Below, one piece after another: positions 38,676 through 44,845 of a stretch of 44,845 nucleotides of DNA. Location: contig MHRT01000005.1 in the NCBI GenBank assembly GCA_001821055.1, positions 109,533-154,377 of the forward strand. Reading direction: 5' to 3'. The translations under genes were made by a program, and so were the position numbers. Positions within the stretch are counted from its first letter, which is position 1. Every line of letters starts with the position of its first letter. The DNA comes from Candidatus Taylorbacteria bacterium RIFCSPHIGHO2_12_FULL_45_16. Its GTDB lineage: Bacteria > Patescibacteriota > Minisyncoccia > Phycocordibacterales > PALSA-1337. The notes under the pieces are model-generated. The model saw nothing but the letters and a program-made list of their open reading frames with translations, ran no database searches and was not told the origin of the DNA.

Positions 38676-41399
38676 TTAGTACGGCGAAACCCCACGATAG
38701 AATTTCATCGGAGCGTTCGTCGAACTTTGATCGTAGAAACGAACCAAGCCATTAGTGTTGGCGAGGACTGCGATGTCTGTCCAATTGAGAAGGTTAGTCG
38801 AGGCTTGGATGTGATAATCAAACCCTGCCTCTCCTGTCAACTGCTGTACCATCGCTCCGTTCGTCGTGCTTCCTGTAAATGACAACGAGAACGGCTGACT
38901 TACGCCGATCTGATTAAGTGCGATGTTCGTCACAGTCACGACTGACTGAATGTTTGTGAACGGATCGAGACGGAAGCCCAAGATGTGGCTACTGTTCGCA
39001 ACAGCATTCGGAAACCTAAACGTATAGTGGTTTGTGTTCACGATTCGCTCATCAACTGTTCCGATGATTTGGTCATCCCATAGCACCGACAATACTCCTT
39101 GCGCTCCATTGGTACTCGTAAATTGAGTATTGAAGGAGACAACATTGATTGGATTGGTGCTGGAAACGACAGTTGCAATCCATGCCGGTGACCCACTGAA
39201 CAGTTTGAGAGATTCGATCCATTTCTGAATCGTTCCCGTGTCACTCTGTATGATTGGCGATTGAGTAAAGTCAATCACAGTATTCACGTACGACGGCGGC
39301 GTCACTTGTATATCTGGCGTGCACGTCGGATCAGCAGTGCCGAGAAGTTGAGCTGGATCATTTCCTGGCGTATAACTTGGCACGCCTGAACTCCAACCGC
39401 CACCTTCTTTACTTAAAGGAAAACCAAATCCTTGGTAATCCGTAGTTACGTTACCTGTAATCGTGTTTGAGTAGAACTCGTATGGCCAGCTATGTGAGGT
39501 GATAGTCCTAACGCAAGGTTCCATTAAACCAGTAGCAGATGACCTAAACTTCGCACCAACGATCTTGTGCGGATCGAGCGGTGTAACGTCCAAGTTGTAT
39601 GCATGGTCAAGGGGACTTTCAGTGAACGGCCCAGTTAGAACGCTTCCGAATTGTGTCAGTGAATCACGTGAGAAGTACTGATCTGCCCAATCCGCTCCAC
39701 TACCGTATCTTCCTACCCCTTCAAATTCTTTACCTACATAGGGATCAAGAAACGTGCAATGGACAGTTGTACTCGGTGATAAGGCTTTGATCCTCTCGCT
39801 TGCCGCTTGAATCAGACCAGCTCCAGCACTATGTGATATCAGATGAACATGTGTCCATCCTTGCGCAGCAATGCAATCTCCCAACATTTTACCCTCTTGT
39901 TTCGCGTTGTTTAACGCATGCGTAGGATAAAATGTCCACGCCTTATCGATCCATTTGTAGGTATTGACTTGCCATGTGGTCAAACTATTTGCCACGAGAT
40001 AACTATTTATAGCATTCGACATCCCATCAAGCCATGATACATCAGGTTGTGGAAATGTCGGTGTTACGAATAGTTGCCACCCGTGCGTTGCCAATATCAA
40101 GTTACTCTTTCCCGATCCTTTGGACACACAATTTGCATACGTAGGTTGAGACGGCTGTGCCTCAATAGCATCTCTCCAGCCCGCAGATAGCGGATCAAGC
40201 AGAAATGCATGCGTCTGTCCCGACGGGTTCAATCCGTAGCCGACGATCTGACCCTTGTCATTGATAGCGGTTGCAGACTGAAGTGTCCACGGAGTGCCGT
40301 GCTGTATAGTCACATCGTTCAAGTCCTTCATTGAGCCGTTCGAGAAAAGAAAAGCCCGATTGCCAGACGAACCGACCACGTGAGCATTCACATTGATTCC
40401 GTAGGCATCTGATGATCCACCACTAAGAACGCCGAGATCTTGCATCGTTCCATTTTGGTAGTCATAGAACATTGCGTGATGCGCACCTCCGCTGGTGGTT
40501 GCGTAACCAACAACTTCTGCGTACATATTGATTGCATAGGCCGCGCTTTCATTGCCTCCCAATGTACCGATGTCCTGCATTACACTGTCGGCATAGAGGA
40601 AGGCGTGAACATGCCCATTTGTCGTCGAACTACCTGCAATATCGCCGTAGTCGTTGATGCCATAGGCGATACTTAGATGTGAACCAGTATTGCCAGGGAA
40701 AGTCCCGATATCCTGCATTGAGCCTCCAGAATAGAGGTATGCATGATAGTAGGCATTTCCACTGATGAGAGACCAGCCAACGATAGAATCGTTATTATTG
40801 ATCCCAAATGCCTGACTGTCCGATCCACCCAATGTGCCCAGATCGCTCATGGAACCACCTGCGTACAAGAATGCGTGAGCGCTTGAGCTACTGTATGCCG
40901 CCGCACCTACGACCTTTCCCGCAGAGTTGACCTCGTGTGCATTGCTGTCAGGGCCTCCAAGAGTACCCAGATTTTGCATTGAGCCGTTCGAATACAGGAA
41001 GGCATAAGCGTTAGCTCTGCCAACTACTTTGCCATCGTTATTGATCCCATTAGCGAAACTATCAGTGCCTCCTAGGGCACCGAGATCAATGACATTGTAA
41101 TCGTATTCAGGAGCAGGATCGTTCGGACTTGGCCCATCCAGTGCCATTATGATTGGTCGTACTGGCCGCGCAGGTTTTACTGGCCCGACGAAAGGCAGGG
41201 GATTATCTCCCCATTCTTTCAGCCAGTCCAGATACGCTGGCGGATAGATTTCCAAGGGCATCTTACTTCCCATGATTTTTTCGAGTGTTTCCGTGCCAGT
41301 CGGCTGATTTGTTTCTTCGGTTTGAGCCGAGACCTTCACGATCGTTGTTATCGCCATGATGAGAATCATGGTCGCCAGTAGGAGGACATTTCTTTTCAT
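38676..41399 (-). CDS. secreted protein: HAF repeats, alpha/beta-hydrolase-like domain and C-terminal STNL..W/FYR tail
   Basis: Signal peptide; seven DLGTLGG..S.A..IN..G.VVG..HAFLY repeats; THGW and ISHSAG. Confidence 0.85.
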   Translation of the reverse strand: MKRNVLLLATMILIMAITTIVKVSAQTEETNQPTGTETLEKIMGSKMPLEIYPPAYLDWLKEWGDNPLPFVGPVKPARPVRPIIMALDGPSPNDPAPEYDYNVIDLGALGGTDSFANGINNDGKVVGRANAYAFLYSNGSMQNLGTLGGPDSNAHEVNSAGKVVGAAAYSSSSAHAFLYAGGSMSDLGTLGGSDSQAFGINNNDSIVGWSLISGNAYYHAYLYSGGSMQDIGTFPGNTGSHLSIAYGINDYGDIAGSSTTNGHVHAFLYADSVMQDIGTLGGNESAAYAINMYAEVVGYATTSGGAHHAMFYDYQNGTMQDLGVLSGGSSDAYGINVNAHVVGSSGNRAFLFSNGSMKDLNDVTIQHGTPWTLQSATAINDKGQIVGYGLNPSGQTHAFLLDPLSAGWRDAIEAQPSQPTYANCVSKGSGKSNLILATHGWQLFVTPTFPQPDVSWLDGMSNAINSYLVANSLTTWQVNTYKWIDKAWTFYPTHALNNAKQEGKMLGDCIAAQGWTHVHLISHSAGAGLIQAASERIKALSPSTTVHCTFLDPYVGKEFEGVGRYGSGADWADQYFSRDSLTQFGSVLTGPFTESPLDHAYNLDVTPLDPHKIVGAKFRSSATGLMEPCVRTITSHSWPYEFYSNTITGNVTTDYQGFGFPLSKEGGGWSSGVPSYTPGNDPAQLLGTADPTCTPDIQVTPPSYVNTVIDFTQSPIIQSDTGTIQKWIESLKLFSGSPAWIATVVSSTNPINVVSFNTQFTSTNGAQGVLSVLWDDQIIGTVDERIVNTNHYTFRFPNAVANSSHILGFRLDPFTNIQSVVTVTNIALNQIGVSQPFSLSFTGSTTNGAMVQQLTGEAGFDYHIQASTNLLNWTDIAVLANTNGLVRFYDQSSTNAPMKFYRGVSPY

Positions 41400-41543
41400 A
41401 ATACTAATCCCGTTTCTGATTGTTTATTCAGTTGTCAAAGGCAACACACAACAGGTGTGAAGCCGAACTAATTGGTAGTCATGTATACCAACAGAAGGTT
41501 GATCTGTCAACCCCCCGCATATAGACACAACCTCCTGCGGGAT

Positions 41544-41692
41544 GCAAAAAGCCCACCGCGGAGTGAAGGCTCGAAGCCTTCCATGCCGGTTTCCCGACAT
41601 GGCCAGTGACGACAGTCCCCACGATGGGTTCTCTGATCGCCACTGGTCTTTTTGCCATGCCATTTTACTGGTTTAGGCTCCTATTCGATTGT
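41544..41692 (-). ncRNA. candidate structured RNA
   Basis: Promoter TTGCTA-17-TATGCT (41727-41699); nested stems, GAAA loop; G-U pairs favour the minus strand. Confidence 0.55.
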
Positions 41693-41783
41693 GAGAACAG
41701 CATACAATATTATTCACTCATTAGCAATTAAGCATCTTGAAATACGGATATAAATATGCTAGGGTTTCAGTAATTAAAAAATT

Positions 41784-42854
41784 ATGGAAGCTACAGAGCT
41801 AAAATCCATCCAAGAAGAGGCAGTCCGCCAAGGAGCTGAAATTAAGGCTGTTCTTGATTCAGTAAAAGGCTACACATCAGAGTTAGACACAATAAAGGAG
41901 GAGATAAGTTCAAAACGTCGTGCGGTTGCCCAGATCAGCACCAATGCGGAAACGAGAAAGACTGAAATTGAGGCTTCTCAATCGGTGATTGTTTCTTTGG
42001 AGACTAAAGCAAAAGAATTAGTCCAGAAAATTGAAACTGAAAATACAAAACTTGCGGAATATATTAGTACTTTTGAAAATACGCGAACAAAACTAGATGG
42101 CGGGGATGATGGCCTTGAAGCTGTATTCACTTGGGCACAACAGCAGAAAGAGGAGATTGGGAAACTCCTTGGACAATCACGCTTAGATCAAGCGGCGGTG
42201 ACAGAAATGAAGACGACTTCCGCAAAAGATACCGAGGGTATCGCAGGTCACAAAAAAGAAGTCGAGGGTTATCGTAAAGAAATCGAAAAGGTGTACGGAT
42301 TCATCAACGGACAGGGATTGGCGCATTCATTTAGTGACCGGCAGAAAAAATTACATCTTCCACTAATTCTGTGGAGTATAATGTTGTTCAGCGCGACATT
42401 CTTGGTCACCTGGGCTTTGTACGAAGTATTCAAAGAACTACCAATCGATATTGTCTCTGGCAAGAGAATATTTGACCCCTCCTCTCTTTTCTACAGGCTC
42501 TCTTTTGTTTCCCCAATTTTGCTTATCTTCTTCGTAGCATTGAGACAATATTCCCGTGAGCGTCGTTTGCTTGAAAGCTATGCGTTCAAAGCCGCCACAG
42601 CAAAGGCGTTAGAGAGCTACACGGAGATATTGGCACGCAGGTTTCCTGAAGAAAAATTTAGAAACCGCATTCTTGCATTCGTCCTTCATGCAATGGTGGG
42701 GATATATAGACATCCGAATAATGAACTGACGAAGGTCGAGGATGAAAAGGAGTGGGCGGAGAGTTTTGGTGAGATGGTTGATAAGGTCAGCAAACCTGTA
42801 GTTGAAAACGCCAAAAATGCTGTTTCCTCCGTTATTCCTGGGCTTAATAAGTAA
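41784..42854 (+). CDS. coiled-coil protein with two C-terminal TM helices
   Basis: ~190-aa heptad-rich region, two hydrophobic helices, YAFKAATAKALESY. Confidence 0.7.
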   Translation: MEATELKSIQEEAVRQGAEIKAVLDSVKGYTSELDTIKEEISSKRRAVAQISTNAETRKTEIEASQSVIVSLETKAKELVQKIETENTKLAEYISTFENTRTKLDGGDDGLEAVFTWAQQQKEEIGKLLGQSRLDQAAVTEMKTTSAKDTEGIAGHKKEVEGYRKEIEKVYGFINGQGLAHSFSDRQKKLHLPLILWSIMLFSATFLVTWALYEVFKELPIDIVSGKRIFDPSSLFYRLSFVSPILLIFFVALRQYSRERRLLESYAFKAATAKALESYTEILARRFPEEKFRNRILAFVLHAMVGIYRHPNNELTKVEDEKEWAESFGEMVDKVSKPVVENAKNAVSSVIPGLNK

Positions 42855-42878
42855 GCCTTCTGCTCAAAGGAGAAATCC

Positions 42879-43064
42879 TTGACAATAGGTTAAACTCGTG
42901 TAAGGTTAAAAGTATTACAAGTTAATAACCCAGTCGCTCCCAAGAGGAGTACGCCCGCGAGGGCTAGACGCTAACGACTAGAGCTTGTACAGGTATTCCA
43001 GCACAGTATTTGGTGCGGTATACTTGTCTATGAAGCCCGTCTGATTAGCGTCAGGCGGGTTTCA
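42879..43064 (+). promoter_or_regulatory. integrase promoter and structured 5' leader
   Basis: TTGACA at 42879; multibranch stems and a 14-bp hairpin ending 4 nt before the ATG. Confidence 0.6.
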
Positions 43065-43068
43065 ATTT

Positions 43069-43950
43069 ATGAGTATGAACCCAAACATTGTTTTGCGGGA
43101 CTACTTTGAGGAATATCTGACATTCAGAGCGCAAGAGGGAAATGTATCAAAGACGCTAGTGGAGCATAGGAGATTTTTAGAAGGACCATTAGAAACAGCA
43201 GTGGGTCACAAGAAGGTAGAAGATTTGCGGATTATTGACAGGGCGGCACTGATTGAAGCGGGCAAGCCTTATGGGATTTATGGATCTCAAAGAGCTGTAG
43301 TTACGTTCAGGCAGTTGTGTCGCTTTCTTAATCAGCGCGGTACTAAACTGCCATTTGATTGGCGAGACATCGAGACACCAAAAGTCCCTAGTAAGATGGT
43401 CGATTATCTGACGAGCGATGAGATTGAGAAAATACGTAATGCGTTCAATCCCAATAGTATGCCTGGATTACGCACTCGTAGCTTGATCGAGTTTTTGCTC
43501 GATACAGGTATGAGGATAGGGGAAGCGTGCAGTGTAAATAGAGACGATGTGAACTTTGACACCCATGAGATACGCATTAAGAATTGCAAAACGCATGAGG
43601 ACAACGTGGTTTACTTCACAGATCGAAGTGCGGAATGGATCAAGATGTATTTAGGCGCACGGCGCGACAAACATCCTGCATTATTCCTTTCCGGCCGAGA
43701 TCGTATGCTTCCTTTGACTTCACGAAACTACATCAGAGCGAAGACGAAAAATCTCGGTATCAAGAAAAAGATCGGCCACCATGTTTTTAGAAAAACATGC
43801 GGTACATATCTCTTACAAAACCAAGTTGACATCAAAAGCGTGCAAACATTACTAAGGCACAAAAGCGAACGCACCACGCTTAGGTATTATATTGGTATTG
43901 ATAAGGAGAAATGCAAAGTGATGCACCAAGCAGTGATGGCGGGCATATAG
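43069..43950 (+). CDS. tyrosine recombinase/integrase
   Basis: TGMRIGE (R), HVFRK (HxxR), LLRHKS (H), TTLRYY (Y); adjacent to attR. Confidence 0.93.
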   Translation: MSMNPNIVLRDYFEEYLTFRAQEGNVSKTLVEHRRFLEGPLETAVGHKKVEDLRIIDRAALIEAGKPYGIYGSQRAVVTFRQLCRFLNQRGTKLPFDWRDIETPKVPSKMVDYLTSDEIEKIRNAFNPNSMPGLRTRSLIEFLLDTGMRIGEACSVNRDDVNFDTHEIRIKNCKTHEDNVVYFTDRSAEWIKMYLGARRDKHPALFLSGRDRMLPLTSRNYIRAKTKNLGIKKKIGHHVFRKTCGTYLLQNQVDIKSVQTLLRHKSERTTLRYYIGIDKEKCKVMHQAVMAGI

Positions 43951-44068
43951 CAGAGAATATGTCCACAGGCTATCCACTTTGCGTTATGTACTCCGTCCCT
44001 AAATGGGGTATACTTAATTTTGTAATCTCTGTGTGATCTAGCATTTTCATAAAACAGCTCGTAGGATG

Positions 44069-44107
44069 CCACAGTGGAGTAAGAGATAACTTACCGCCAC
44101 AGTGGTC
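44069..44107 (+). repeat. attR
   Basis: ccacagtggagtaagagataacttaccgccacagtggtc. Confidence 0.92.
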
Positions 44108-44228
44108 AAGAGATAAGGGTTTGACGAATTGAAGCCCGATTGGATGGCGTTCACAGAAGAAGGGTGGAAACATCTCTTTTTTTGTGTTAGCATTTTTTTA
44201 AACACAAACCAGCAACCGTTTGATAATT

Positions 44229-44633
44229 ATGTTAACTGAACTAAGCAATGAACCGTTGATTATTTGGGCAATCTATGGGGGATGTGCTTTGGCCTTAATC
44301 TTCATTGTGAGACACATCTGTATTGTCTCCAACAGACCTATGAGAAGAAGCGAGTTGGTCCGTCAGGTCAAGATGATCTTTGACCCGGCGGGTCGTGATG
44401 ACGCGTCTCAGAGATATGAACACTGCGAGCATATCTGCTCGCACTATGGCATTTCTTTATTCGAAGTGGCTTCGCATACGGGATTTGTCGGAGACATGCA
44501 GGACCTTTTGCAGGAAGCTAAAAGATCCGAAAAACGATCAAGTTATCGGAAGATTCTGCTTGAAGATGAAGTACGAGAGCACCCGCAGAGATTTCCGTCT
44601 GGTAGCTCCTTAGATACGAATGCGAAGATTTGA
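44229..44633 (+). CDS. hypothetical membrane-anchored protein
   Basis: ORF with an N-terminal TM; start codon uncertain. Confidence 0.55.
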   Translation: MLTELSNEPLIIWAIYGGCALALIFIVRHICIVSNRPMRRSELVRQVKMIFDPAGRDDASQRYEHCEHICSHYGISLFEVASHTGFVGDMQDLLQEAKRSEKRSSYRKILLEDEVREHPQRFPSGSSLDTNAKI

Positions 44634-44662
44634 AATGATATAATCCATACCCTGATCGTCGC

Positions 44663-44685
44663 ACGGCGCGCTTGCGCCGTTTTTT
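44663..44685 (+). terminator. intrinsic terminator
   Basis: acggcgc-gctt-gcgccgt-ttttt. Confidence 0.7.
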
Positions 44686-44724
44686 ATTGCATCTTTTTTA
44701 TTTTTTAGTTATGCTGTGGACACT

Positions 44725-44845
44725 ATGTTTAAAAAGAAGCCAACTGACGATGATATTATCCCTGAATTGGAAGCCACAGGACTTGATACTTTGGATGATT
44801 CGGTCGTGGCAGAAGAAGCTATGACTGAAACCATCAAGAAACTTC
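44725..44845 (+). CDS. grpE: probable GrpE N-terminus (truncated by window)
   Basis: Acidic MFKKKPTDDD...ETIKKL leading into a coiled coil; position after rplM-rpsI fits; only 40 aa visible. Confidence 0.45.
   Translation, partial: MFKKKPTDDDIIPELEATGLDTLDDSVVAEEAMTETIKKL

Larger units (their letters stand above)
33558..44107. mobile_element. integrated inovirus-like (filamentous phage) element, ~10.5 kb
   Basis: Bounded by 39-bp direct repeats; small TM genes, then pIII-like, pVI-like and Zot; tyrosine integrase next to attR. Confidence 0.88.

Noticed and set aside
40195-41090. DNA repeat array or DGR template
   Set aside because: The repeats are protein-level HAF units, and there is no reverse transcriptase in the window.
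41424-41663. 79-aa ORF on the minus strand
   Set aside because: No recognisable protein features and it runs through dense RNA-like stems; the ncRNA reading is preferred, though a peptide is not excluded.
43069-43950. Housekeeping XerC/XerD, or the enzyme acting on the ychF array
   Set aside because: It abuts attR inside the element, and the rpsI att shows no similarity to the ychF repeat.

Overview
The window reads as a Patescibacteria (CPR, Parcubacteria-like) chromosome segment. This is inferred from compact housekeeping genes, short ProRS/AlaRS/L13 and CPR-type hypothetical proteins. The backbone is rseP-proS-mreB-mreC-mreD-like-pbp2-greA-lysS-ychF, then leuS, mltG, mnmA, udg, an M3 peptidase, alaS, infA-rpmJ-rpsM-rpsK-rpsD-rpoA-rplQ-rplM-rpsI and a probable grpE start. 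Two accessory regions are both anchored on duplicated 3' ends of conserved translation genes. (1) At 9044-10386, five 30-bp copies of the ychF C-terminal coding sequence (DGxVxEFR/KI*) separate four 0.2-0.5 kb cassettes: two small proteins, a HicB-like mini-gene with its own promoter and terminator, and a candidate sRNA. No recombinase lies nearby. (2) At 33558-44107, a ~10.5 kb element in the rpsI 3' end (39-bp direct repeats) carries an inovirus-type morphogenesis module, a tyrosine integrase, no recognisable Rep, two candidate structured RNAs and a secreted HAF-repeat hydrolase. Also notable are a 1355-aa LeuRS with two Nudix and one HAD insertion, dispersed AGGT-nnn-ACCT palindromes inside genes, and widespread leaderless-type promoters. 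All calls were made by eye; no searches were run.
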